From assembly GCA_944383255.1 (NCBI GenBank), contig CALWOY010000041.1, forward strand, positions 1-55,200: DNA of 55,200 nt, in the 5' to 3' direction. This stretch comes from an uncultured Clostridia bacterium. GTDB lineage: Bacteria; Bacillota; Clostridia; Christensenellales; UBA1242. The notes below the pieces were generated by a model. The model made no database searches. It saw only the letters and a program-made list of their open reading frames with translations, and had not been told where the DNA came from. The position numbers were made by a program, and so were the translations under genes. Shown in pieces: positions 19,366-27,993 of the stretch (positions within the stretch are counted from its first letter, which is position 1; the number at the start of each line of letters is the position of its first letter).

Positions 19366-20571
19366 ATGGCAGAATTATTAGCACCTGCGGGTACTTTTGA
19401 AAAAATGGAAACGGCATTTAGATTTGGAGCCGATGCGGTATATTTTGCAGGTAAAAAATTTGGACTTAGAGCATTTGCTGGCAATTTCACAGATAATGAA
19501 ATAGAAGACGCAACTCGTTATGCTCACAGTCTTGGTAAAAAGGTGTATATCACAATAAACATTTTGGCTCATGAAAATGATTTCGATGGTTTAAAAGAAT
19601 ATTTAGATGAACTAGTTAAATACAAAGTAGATGCGGTTATTGTGTCCGACCTTGGAATTATTGAGTTTATTCGCGAGTATGCACCAAGCCTTACTATACA
19701 TGTAAGTACTCAAGCAAATATTTTAAATAGTTACGCAATAAATTTTTTAGCAAAACTTGGCGTTAAGCGCATAATTTTGGCTCGAGAACTTTCTATTGAA
19801 GAAATTAAACAAATTAAAGCAAAAATACCAGACGATATTGAATTGGAAGCATTTGTGCATGGTGCAATGTGTATTGCATATAGTGGTAGATGTTTGCTTT
19901 CTAACTATCTTACAGGACGTGATGCAAACCGTGGAGCATGTGCACAAGCATGCAGATGGGAATATACCATTACAGAAAAATCAAGAAAAGGTGACCAATA
20001 CCAAATAGAAGAAGACCAACGCGGAACATATATTTTAAACTCCAAAGATTTAATGATGATAAAGCATCTTAATGAACTTGAACAAGCAGGAGTAACAAGT
20101 TTTAAAATTGAAGGTAGGATGAAATCTCCATACTATGTTGCAAATGTTGTAAATGCTTATAGAAGAGCACTTGATAAAGGTGATAAAATAGCAAAGGAAG
20201 AATTAGAGGTTCTAGAAAATGAACTCATGAAATCAAGCCATAGAAGATATACCACTGGTTTTTATCTTGGTGAAAAAGATAGAGAGTGTTTGGAGTCATC
20301 ATCGCCAGTACAAACATATGAATATATGGCATACGCCATTGAAAACAGTGATGGTGAAAAAACTCTTATTGAACAACGCAATCGTTTTAAAATCGGTGAT
20401 GAACTTGAAGTCCTTTCACCAAATGAATGCTTTAATAAAACTATAAAATTGACAAAAATGACTGATGAAATTGGTAATGATTTACAAGATGCTAAAAATG
20501 TTCAACAAAAAATATTTATTTATACAAATTTGCCACTTGAAAAAGGTGATATACTAAGGAAAAAAATATAA
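19366..20571 (+). CDS. Peptidase U32 family protein (RlhA/TrhP-type RNA hydroxylation family)
   Basis: 401 aa. ELLAPAGTFEKMETAFRFGADAVYFAG and FKIEGRMKSPYYVA are typical of U32. Confidence 0.88.
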   Translation: MAELLAPAGTFEKMETAFRFGADAVYFAGKKFGLRAFAGNFTDNEIEDATRYAHSLGKKVYITINILAHENDFDGLKEYLDELVKYKVDAVIVSDLGIIEFIREYAPSLTIHVSTQANILNSYAINFLAKLGVKRIILARELSIEEIKQIKAKIPDDIELEAFVHGAMCIAYSGRCLLSNYLTGRDANRGACAQACRWEYTITEKSRKGDQYQIEEDQRGTYILNSKDLMMIKHLNELEQAGVTSFKIEGRMKSPYYVANVVNAYRRALDKGDKIAKEELEVLENELMKSSHRRYTTGFYLGEKDRECLESSSPVQTYEYMAYAIENSDGEKTLIEQRNRFKIGDELEVLSPNECFNKTIKLTKMTDEIGNDLQDAKNVQQKIFIYTNLPLEKGDILRKKI

Positions 20572-20802
20572 TTATAAAAATATAAAAATTTTCATATTCC
20601 TAAAAGCTTAATGTTTATAGTGTAATCTCTTCACATTATTCAAATATGTAATATATAGACTTAAAATGACATTGTCTATTGTAATATAATAGAAAGATAA
20701 CTTAAAAATTTATATTAGAAAATTATAGTTATACTGATGAAGAATTTATCATGAAACCCAAAAAGAATTACTTTTGGTAATTGAGTTATAAGAAGCTGTT
20801 AA

Positions 20803-20834
20803 TTAAAATAAAAATGCACACGTCGTGTGCATTT
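20803..20834 (-). terminator. Terminator downstream of tRNA-Gly
   Basis: ATGCACAC/GTGTGCAT stem (20814-20821 / 20825-20832) with a 3-nt loop. On the minus strand it is followed by TTTTATTTT. Confidence 0.6.
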
Positions 20835-20840
20835 CTATTT

Positions 20841-20915
20841 TGGAGCGAAAGACGAGACTCGAACTCGCAACCGTTGCCTTGGGAAGGCAATGCTCTACCA
20901 TTGAGCCACTTCCGC
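20841..20915 (-). tRNA. tRNA-Gly (anticodon CCC)
   Basis: Hand-folded 75-nt cloverleaf: GCGGAAG acceptor, GCTC/GAGC D-stem, TTGCC/GGCAA anticodon stem with loop TTCCCAA, GCGAG/CTCGT T-stem with TTCGAGT loop, and an encoded CCA. Confidence 0.9.
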
Positions 20916-20942
20916 AAATGTCATAAAAGATATGACATATTT

Positions 20943-20971
20943 ATATTATTACAAATTAAGTTGATTGTCAA
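20943..20971 (-). promoter_or_regulatory. Putative tRNA-Gly promoter
   Basis: On the minus strand: TTGACA (20966-20971), 17 nt, TAATAT (20943-20948). Confidence 0.4.
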
Positions 20972-20985
20972 ATATTTATTATTTA

Positions 20986-22482
20986 TTATTTATTATATTC
21001 ATTAATAAGCCTTGATTTTATTTTTTTTATTTCATTTTGCACTACTTCGTTTTCTTTAATGTCATTTGGTAAACCTTTAATAAATTTTATTTTTTCTAAA
21101 TTTGATGATAATATTTCATTAAAAATTTTTGTTAAAATTTCTTTATTTGATAGAACATTTTTATCAATAAAAGGTAATATTTCTTTATACGTCGTAGGAG
21201 CACTATCAATTAAGAATAAATTAAATTCAATATCTTTGGTACTAGCTATAATATATTCGTCATCAATTTCTGCGCCGCATCTTACACTGTTTCTTGATGC
21301 GAGAACTACTCTTACCATTTGCACAAGTTCACTTTGTTTATTTGGAATAAATCTTGCATTTCTATCAAATATATTAAGTGTAAGTTCTCGTGAGAAATCA
21401 CTCATATCCATAGGACATACATTACCATTTTTATCATATACAAAACAGCTTAAAAGCATATGATTATAGAATTCTCCGCATTTTATTTCTTCTGGTAGGG
21501 TTATATTATTAAAGCTTTTATATGTAAAATAATGTTTATACATTAAATAACAATAATCAAGCATTGATTTTTCGCACAAACCTAAAAAGCCTGAAGTGGT
21601 ATGATTATCTAAGTAGTGTTTTTCTGTATAAAAATATTTTATCAAATCGCTTTGTAGATATTTTACAAAATATGTGAAGTTTTCTGATTTTAAATGATCT
21701 GGTGTAATTATGTCTGAAAAAAGTATCTCTTTATTTTCATATTTTGCTTTTTTTAGTGCCATAGAAATAAGTGTTTTATAGCATTCGGCTAAAAGCAACT
21801 TAGTGTCTGGTGTGTGTGCTATACCAAAAATTAATTGATATTTTGAAACATGCATATATGCATCAAGAGCAAGTATAAATTTAATGGCTTTGTTTTCATT
21901 ATGTAAATAAAATGCTTGTTTTATGTAAGTTAAAAGGGCATCAATTCCTTTACCTGAGAAATGTGCAGCTTTACATCTGTCAATGCCAACAAATTTTTCA
22001 AGTGTAGCCATAATATTTGCACAAAAGCTATAAAATGGAACAACATCTGAAAATTTTGTAGTTTTTGGTAGAAAAGTCTCTGTATAATGTTGGTTTAGTC
22101 CCTCGTTTGCAGCATAACCAAAATTACTTCTTATAATTCTTTCATTATCAATATTAAACTCACATCTTTTGTTTAATCCGATATTATATCCATGATCTAA
22201 TTTTTCTGAGCCAATGGCATGCATAATTTCATGCAAATAAACATCTATATTATTAAGACAATCAATTTTAATCATAATAGTATTTGTCTGTTCCAAGAAC
22301 TCAGAACTTGACATGTCATATTTGACATCAAGTGTAATGGTATTTAGTTTGTCTAAAATTCTTTTGTGAAGAAAAGATGGGGTATTGTTTAAAATTATAT
22401 TTTCAATTTTTTTACATAAGTTTTCTATTGGTTCTAGCCTTTTTATTTTTTGAGCATGTATCAAATTTTGTGAATATTTCAT
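20986..22482 (-). CDS. Hypothetical cytoplasmic protein with N-terminal HExxH zincin motif
   Basis: 498-aa uninterrupted ORF. HEIMH at residues 84-88 and NEG (E127) 39 residues later. No signal peptide or TM segment. Very AT-rich. No family recognised. Confidence 0.7.
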   Translation of the reverse strand: MKYSQNLIHAQKIKRLEPIENLCKKIENIILNNTPSFLHKRILDKLNTITLDVKYDMSSSEFLEQTNTIMIKIDCLNNIDVYLHEIMHAIGSEKLDHGYNIGLNKRCEFNIDNERIIRSNFGYAANEGLNQHYTETFLPKTTKFSDVVPFYSFCANIMATLEKFVGIDRCKAAHFSGKGIDALLTYIKQAFYLHNENKAIKFILALDAYMHVSKYQLIFGIAHTPDTKLLLAECYKTLISMALKKAKYENKEILFSDIITPDHLKSENFTYFVKYLQSDLIKYFYTEKHYLDNHTTSGFLGLCEKSMLDYCYLMYKHYFTYKSFNNITLPEEIKCGEFYNHMLLSCFVYDKNGNVCPMDMSDFSRELTLNIFDRNARFIPNKQSELVQMVRVVLASRNSVRCGAEIDDEYIIASTKDIEFNLFLIDSAPTTYKEILPFIDKNVLSNKEILTKIFNEILSSNLEKIKFIKGLPNDIKENEVVQNEIKKIKSRLINEYNK

Positions 22483-22547
22483 GATATTATTATATGATAA
22501 ACACTGGTAATAGTCAATATTTAATTTTTTTTCATATATATAAAGCG

Positions 22548-23588
22548 ATGAAATATTTTTCTACTAAGTATATTAATGCAAAAAATTTGATATATAATTA
22601 TAAGCTATTATGCAAAAAGTCTGGGCATAAGATTATTGCTGTTGTTAAAGCAAATGCATATGGGCATGGTGCGAACAATGTCGTAAATATTTTATCCCCA
22701 TATTGTAATTTTTTTGCTACTGAAAATTTACAAGAAGCAATAGCCCTAAGGAAAATTAATAAAAATATTAAAATTCTTGTTCTTGGATATTGTACTGATT
22801 TTCAAAAAGCAAAAGAGGAAGATATTTGTATAACATGCGATAATCTTTCTCAATTAAAAGAAATTGCAAAAATAAATGGGAAAATCAAACTACACCTGAA
22901 AATAAATACAGGTATGAATCGGCTTGGAATAAAGACAAAACGACAATTTATTAAAATTTTAAAATTTATCAAAAAAAATACAAAATTAAAATTAGATGGA
23001 ATTTTTACTCATTGTTTTGAAAGTACAAATGAAAGAATAACAAATATTCAAATAGAAATATTTAAAAAATATTTGAAATTGTTAAAGAAACTTAGTTTTA
23101 AAGACTATGTAGTTCATATTGGGGGTAGTGGATTAATAAATTATAAACTTGATTTTGTAGATTACATAAGGTGTGGCATTGCACTTTATGGTTACCAAGA
23201 CAGTAGTGTAAAGAAAGTAGAAAAAATAGAAAGCCAAGTTATAAAAATAACTGATATTAAAAAGGGTGAGTTTGTAGGCTATGGTGAAACAAAAGTCAAA
23301 ACTAATAAAAAAATTGCAATAATTCCTCTAGGTTATGCGGATGGGTTACCTAGAATTTTTGAGAAACTTTTTGTGCTATTTGGTCATCAAAAACTTAACG
23401 TAATTGGAAGGCTCTGTATGGACATGTTTATGATAGATGTAACAAATGCGAAGATTAAAATTGGTGATGTGGTGACTGTTTTTTATGATGCAACGTTGTG
23501 GGTAAAAGGCACATCAGATACTGAATATGATGTGCTCACAAGATTAAATAATGCAAGGACCAATAACTTTATAGTAGTTGAAAAGTAG
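22548..23588 (+). CDS. alr: Alanine racemase
   Basis: Start moved to MKYFSTKYINAKNL. PLP-lysine motif AVVKANAYGHG and C-terminal ...GYADG...RLCMDMFMIDV are present. Confidence 0.9.
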   Translation: MKYFSTKYINAKNLIYNYKLLCKKSGHKIIAVVKANAYGHGANNVVNILSPYCNFFATENLQEAIALRKINKNIKILVLGYCTDFQKAKEEDICITCDNLSQLKEIAKINGKIKLHLKINTGMNRLGIKTKRQFIKILKFIKKNTKLKLDGIFTHCFESTNERITNIQIEIFKKYLKLLKKLSFKDYVVHIGGSGLINYKLDFVDYIRCGIALYGYQDSSVKKVEKIESQVIKITDIKKGEFVGYGETKVKTNKKIAIIPLGYADGLPRIFEKLFVLFGHQKLNVIGRLCMDMFMIDVTNAKIKIGDVVTVFYDATLWVKGTSDTEYDVLTRLNNARTNNFIVVEK

Positions 23589-23612
23589 TTAAAGATTTGT
23601 TATAATTTAATT

Positions 23613-24152
23613 ATGAGAATAATAGCGGGAAAATATAGAGGAAAAATTCTTCAAGCGCCTAAAACCAAATCGATTCGCCCTACTGGCGACAAAGTCAAAC
23701 AGGCAATATTTACTAAGCTACAATTTTTTGTAACAGGTAAAAAGGTGCTTGACCTTTTTTCTGGTAGTGGTGCGCTTGGTATAGAGGCATTAAGCCGTGG
23801 GGCAAGCGAGGTGGTTTTTGTTGATAATGGCAGAGAAGGTTATCATTTAACCAAATCTAACTTAAAAAGTATTGGCGAAAATTGTAAAGTAGTTTTTAGT
23901 CATTTTGATGTTGCGCTTGAAAATTTTAAAGAAAATTTTGACTTGATACTTCTAGACCCACCATATAAATCTGGATATTATGAGAAATGTTTTAAACTTA
24001 TATTTAAAAACAAGCTTTTGTCCCAACAAGGCATAATTGTTTGTGAACGTGACAGGACATTACCATTATTAACTGATTATTTTGAGATATTTGACACTAA
24101 AGACTATGGTAATGTTAGTGTGGATTATTTTAGATTAAAGGAAAACATATGA
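23613..24152 (+). CDS. rsmD: 16S rRNA (guanine966-N2)-methyltransferase RsmD
   Basis: 179 aa. MRIIAGKYRGK, SAM motif LDLFSGSGALGIEALSRGA, and DPPY. Confidence 0.9.
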   Translation: MRIIAGKYRGKILQAPKTKSIRPTGDKVKQAIFTKLQFFVTGKKVLDLFSGSGALGIEALSRGASEVVFVDNGREGYHLTKSNLKSIGENCKVVFSHFDVALENFKENFDLILLDPPYKSGYYEKCFKLIFKNKLLSQQGIIVCERDRTLPLLTDYFEIFDTKDYGNVSVDYFRLKENI

Positions 24153-24979
24153 AATACGAGGTGCAAAAAGATAAAATATTAGTTGAAGATACACAAGATT
24201 TTGATATATCTCACATTTTAGAATGTGGTCAAGTTTTTACGTACAAAAAAAATGGAGAAAATGATTATGATGTATATTCATTAGATAAATTTGCAAATGT
24301 AAAGTATGATAATAATAAATATATAATTTCTACATATGATCCAGAATATTTTGTACAATATTTTGATCTTGACACTGATTATGAAAAAATTAAAAAAAAT
24401 ATTTCAAGAAATGAATATGTCATAAAAGCAGTAAAATATGGACATGGTATAAGAATATTAAAACAAAGTTTGTTAGAAGTTATCATTGGATTTATTATAT
24501 CTGCTAACAATAATATAAAGCGAATAATGAAAACCATGCAACTTTTACGAGAATATGGTGAAAACAAGGGCAAATATTATAGTTTTCCAACACTTGAAAA
24601 GTTGCATGATATAACAATTGATGATTTTAAGAACATAGGTGCAGGGTATAGAGCGCAATATTTATATTGTACAATTCGCCAACTTGATCAAGTTAACTTA
24701 GAAGAAACGAAAAAGTGGGATACGCAAAAACTTAAAAAGTGGCTCTTATCACTCTGTGGTGTTGGCCCCAAAGTGGCAGATTGCATTTTGCTTTTTGGTT
24801 ATGGACGTTGTGATTGTTTCCCAGTAGATACTTGGATAGAAAAAGTTTATATAGACATTTTCAAAAAAAAGGAAAATAGAACAAAGATGTCCGAGGATCT
24901 TGTTAAATACTTTGATAAAAATGCAGGATATGCTCAGCAATATCTTTTCTTTTATAAGCGTTCATTTGATCAGCGATGA
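24149..24979 (+). CDS. HhH-GPD DNA glycosylase, 8-oxoguanine glycosylase (Ogg) type
   Basis: 276 aa. HhH-GPD segment LCGVGPKVADCILLFGYGRCDCFPVDTWI with catalytic Lys and Asp. ATGA overlap with rsmD. Confidence 0.8.
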   Translation: MKYEVQKDKILVEDTQDFDISHILECGQVFTYKKNGENDYDVYSLDKFANVKYDNNKYIISTYDPEYFVQYFDLDTDYEKIKKNISRNEYVIKAVKYGHGIRILKQSLLEVIIGFIISANNNIKRIMKTMQLLREYGENKGKYYSFPTLEKLHDITIDDFKNIGAGYRAQYLYCTIRQLDQVNLEETKKWDTQKLKKWLLSLCGVGPKVADCILLFGYGRCDCFPVDTWIEKVYIDIFKKKENRTKMSEDLVKYFDKNAGYAQQYLFFYKRSFDQR

Positions 24980-24985
24980 CAAGTA

Positions 24986-25014
24986 TTGCAATTTGGAACA
25001 ATATATGTTATAAT
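24986..25014 (+). promoter_or_regulatory. Promoter of the nfeD-floA operon
   Basis: TTGCAA, 17 nt, TATAAT, with TGT immediately before the -10. Confidence 0.55.
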
Positions 25015-25046
25015 GTAAATGATGTTTAAATTCACAAGGAGGCAAT

Positions 25047-25607
25047 ATGAATATATCAATACTACTTGCTGGTAGTGCTTGGGATGAATTTGTTTCCATC
25101 TTTACTGGAGAATTTGCTTGGCTTACGATCCTTTTAATGGTTGTTGGTATGTTATTATGTATTATTGAAGCCATTATTCCAGGTTTTGGTATATTTGGGA
25201 TAAGTGGCATACTTTGTGAAATCGGCGCAGTGGTTGTTAATGCAACGCTTTGTAATGGTTCACCACTTCAAGTCTTTATTTTAATTTTGCTGATAACATT
25301 AGTCACACTTTTAATATTTTTGCTTTTTGTACGTTCTGCACGTTTTGGATTGTTGGGGAAAACCTCAATTGTTGAAAATAAATCATCTATACCGAGTGAT
25401 TATGGAGAAAAAGATGCAGAAAAGCTTAAAGAACTAATTGGTAAAGAAGGTATTTTAGTAACTGAATGTCATCCAGTTGGAAATGCAAGAATTGGTGAAG
25501 AAGTCTTTGAAGTTAGTTCAAAGGGCGGAATAATACCAAAAGGTGATGTTATTAAAGTCGTCGCCGTTGAGAATAACATAATTTATGTTAGTAAAATAAC
25601 ATATTAA
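25047..25607 (+). CDS. NfeD family membrane protein
   Basis: 186 aa. N-terminal TM helices plus a C-terminal OB-fold segment (GKEGILVTECHPVGNARIGEEVFEV). Located upstream of floA, as in Bacillus yqeZ-yqfA. Confidence 0.8.
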   Translation: MNISILLAGSAWDEFVSIFTGEFAWLTILLMVVGMLLCIIEAIIPGFGIFGISGILCEIGAVVVNATLCNGSPLQVFILILLITLVTLLIFLLFVRSARFGLLGKTSIVENKSSIPSDYGEKDAEKLKELIGKEGILVTECHPVGNARIGEEVFEVSSKGGIIPKGDVIKVVAVENNIIYVSKITY

Positions 25608-25626
25608 GTTATAAAAGGAGAAAATT

Positions 25627-26643
25627 ATGTTAAATTTAATGCTTATTGATTTATGGTTGAGTATAACTCTGTATGTTTTACTTGGTTTATTTGTGGTCTT
25701 GATAGTACTTATGTTTGCTATAGTTCCAATAAAAACTTGGTTTGTTGCACTTGTTTCTGGTGCACATGTTTCTATGGCAAGACTTATTGGTATGAAAATG
25801 CGCCGTATCAAAGTTGCACCTATTGTTGATGCATATATTATGGCAAGAAAAGCGGGCATAAAAGTTGATATTAGCGAACTTGAAACACATCAACTTGCGG
25901 GGGGAGATATACAAAAAGTTATAAATGCTTTAATATCTGCTCATAGTGCAAAAATAAATCTACCAGTTGATCTCGCAAAAGCTATTGATCTTGCTGGACG
26001 TGATGTCAATCTTGCTGTGAGAAATAGTGTTACTCCAAAAGTTATGGAAACTGATTGGATTGGAGCTGTCGCAAAAGATGGTATTGAGCTTAAAGTTAAG
26101 GTTCGCATTACTGTTAGAGTCAATATTGCAAGACTTGTTGGTGGAGCAGGAGACGACACAATATTGGCACGTGTCGGGGAAGGTATTGTTACAACCGTTG
26201 GATCTGCGGAAACTCACACCGAAGTTCTTGAAAACCCAGACTTTATCTCTCAAAAAGTTTTGGATAAAGGTCTAGATACTGGTACTGCATATGAAATTTT
26301 GTCTATAGATATAGCGGACATTGATGTTGGTAAAAACGTTGGTGCCGACCTTATGAAAGACTCCGCCGAGGCTAAAAAAGTTATTGCACAGGCAGAAGCG
26401 GAGGAACGTAGGGCTATGGCTGCCGCTCATGAACAAGAAATGAAAGCCAAAACTCAAGAAATGCAGGCTATGGTGCTCGCTGCACAAGCAGAAGTTCCAA
26501 AAGCAATGGCAGAGGCTATCAAAAATGGCAAAATGGGTGTAATGGACTATTACAAAATTCAAAACCTTACATCAGATACAGCGATGAGAAATGCTATTGC
26601 GGGGGTTGATCCTAATAATAGTAAAAAACCTCCCAAAATTTAA
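25627..26643 (+). CDS. floA: Flotillin-like protein FloA (UPF0365/YqfA)
   Basis: 338 aa. N-terminal hairpin helix, then [18 protein letters not shown] and an SPFH-like core with an Ala/Glu-rich coiled coil. Confidence 0.9.
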   Translation: MLNLMLIDLWLSITLYVLLGLFVVLIVLMFAIVPIKTWFVALVSGAHVSMARLIGMKMRRIKVAPIVDAYIMARKAGIKVDISELETHQLAGGDIQKVINALISAHSAKINLPVDLAKAIDLAGRDVNLAVRNSVTPKVMETDWIGAVAKDGIELKVKVRITVRVNIARLVGGAGDDTILARVGEGIVTTVGSAETHTEVLENPDFISQKVLDKGLDTGTAYEILSIDIADIDVGKNVGADLMKDSAEAKKVIAQAEAEERRAMAAAHEQEMKAKTQEMQAMVLAAQAEVPKAMAEAIKNGKMGVMDYYKIQNLTSDTAMRNAIAGVDPNNSKKPPKI

Positions 26644-26657
26644 TAGGAGGCTAAAAT

Positions 26658-27128
26658 ATGATTTGGATAATTATCATATGTTTAGTGGTCTTTATATTTG
26701 TTGTTCTATTATATAATTACCAAAAGATTATAGATGCAATTAAGAACAGAAAAAAATCATCAAAGCCTAAGGCAGAGAAGCCTGTTAAATCTTCCACAAA
26801 TGATTCAATCAATATTGGCGAAGATTTAGTACAAAAAAAAATTGATGAATTAAAACATGAACCTGCAGAAGAGATTATCGTTAAACCATTTATAGTTGCT
26901 GACGAAGATGAGTTAAAAGAACTTGAAGCGAAAAGCAATCATAGCGGAGGTAGGAGAAGCGGTGATATTAAAACTATTTCAAACATAGAAGTAAAAGTTG
27001 AAGATCTTGATGATGAGAACCCATCTCAAGTTTCTAGTACTAAAGAAAATACAGTCGCTGAGCAGATTAAAAATTTACCACCTGAGATTAAAGCTTTGCT
27101 TCTTAGTGATTTTCTCGACAAAAAATAA
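26658..27128 (+). CDS. Hypothetical single-TM acidic protein (positional equivalent of Bacillus yqfB)
   Basis: 156 aa. N-terminal TM helix, a charged tail and an AGGAGG RBS. Third gene of the nfeD-floA operon. Confidence 0.6.
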   Translation: MIWIIIICLVVFIFVVLLYNYQKIIDAIKNRKKSSKPKAEKPVKSSTNDSINIGEDLVQKKIDELKHEPAEEIIVKPFIVADEDELKELEAKSNHSGGRRSGDIKTISNIEVKVEDLDDENPSQVSSTKENTVAEQIKNLPPEIKALLLSDFLDKK

Positions 27129-27256
27129 AATAGCGAAAATTGTGGGCGTATACTTTGTTTCTGTCGGGCAACTCTCACACAGTCACGTACGCTTTGTACG
27201 CTCCTGCGTGAGAGTACCCGTCGAGCCTCGTCTACGCCACACAATTTTCGCTATTT
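27128..27256. repeat. 129-nt long-stem hairpin element (MITE/REP-like)
   Basis: AAATAGCGAAAATTGTG (27128-27144) pairs perfectly with CACAATTTTCGCTATTT (27240-27256). The stem is extended by GGCGTA/TACGCC with one bulge. Inner stems are ACTCTCAC/GTGAGAGT and CGTAC/GTACG. The arm sequence CGCCACACAATTTTCGCT recurs at 27317-27334. Confidence 0.7.
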
Positions 27257-27273
27257 TTACATTTTATAAAACC

Positions 27274-27295
27274 TAGCCCTCGCGGCTATTTTTTT
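27274..27295 (+). terminator. Intrinsic terminator of the nfeD-floA operon
   Basis: TAGCC-ctcgc-GGCTA followed by T7. Confidence 0.5.
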
Positions 27296-27315
27296 GTTTC
27301 TTAAGATAGAGAGTG

Positions 27316-27632
27316 ACGCCACACAATTTTCGCTTTGTCATTCTGAGCCGAAGGCGAAAAATCTCATCATCTTGTCATTCTGAGTCCTACTCCAACGCGT
27401 CGACCTGCGAAGAATCTCAACCCATGTCACCCTGACCGCTCCTCGCCTTGACGGAGAGGAAGGGTCTCAACTATAAGAGATCCTTCGTCAGCCGTCAAGG
27501 AAGCAGTTCTCAGGATGACACCACACTTCTAGTCATTCTGAGCGTCAGCGAAGAATCTAGATTTCTCACTACGTTCGAAATGACATATTATTTTTTGTCA
27601 TTCTGAGGAGAGTTAGCGACGTGAGAATCTCA
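27316..27632. repeat. Cluster of 7 GC-rich REP-like units (TGTCATTCTGAGCG...GAAGAATCTC family), both orientations
   Basis: Units at 27336-27366, 27372-27420, 27425-27470, 27477-27520 (inverted), 27532-27558, 27559-27585 (inverted, degenerate) and 27596-27632. Confidence 0.8.
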
Positions 27633-27676
27633 TCCACTCGCCATTGTGCCGAAAGCGCGGTTTTTGCCTAATGCAC

Positions 27677-27700
27677 AGGACTGAAAAGTCCTTTTTTTTT
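27677..27700 (+). terminator. Intrinsic terminator
   Basis: AGGACT-gaaa-AGTCCT followed by T9. Confidence 0.6.
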
Positions 27701-27784
27701 ACTAAAACTTGGGTGAAAATATTTACCCCCACACCCCATAAATAAAAAAAATTTGCATTTTTTTAAAAAATTTTGCAAAAACGC

Positions 27785-27815
27785 TTGACAAAACAATGGG
27801 GGTGGGGGGTAAAAT
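27785..27815 (+). promoter_or_regulatory. Putative promoter with a G5-T-G6 tract in the spacer
   Basis: TTGACA (27785-27790), 19-nt spacer containing GGGGGTGGGGGG, TAAAAT (27810-27815). The upstream AAATTTTGCAAAAA..GCTTGACA resembles the rplM promoter. Confidence 0.4.
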
Positions 27816-27993
27816 GTTTATAGCCAAAGGGTATTACAAAAAGCAGGTGGTATTTATCCTTTGGTTTTCCCATTTAAACTCAAAATTACAAGGCGTCTGC
27901 GTCGTTTATTGTCGCGCTTGGCTCCACAGTCATTTAGGAAACTAAACTCCAGCGTAGCCAAACGCGCCGAGCTTCGCATTAAGGTAACTCTTC

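Noticed and set aside
20572-22482. Genomic island integrated at tRNA-Gly carrying the HExxH gene
   Set aside because: The HExxH gene lies on the 5' side of the tRNA rather than downstream of its 3' end. I saw no direct repeat of the tRNA 3' half and no integrase. Island status is therefore unsupported, and only the AT-richness and orphan character remain.
27722-27813. Invertible promoter (inverton) flanked by the C-tract/G-tract inverted repeat
   Set aside because: The arms are only about 56 bp apart and are imperfect. No site-specific recombinase gene lies in the window. A slipped-strand or protein-binding explanation is more economical.
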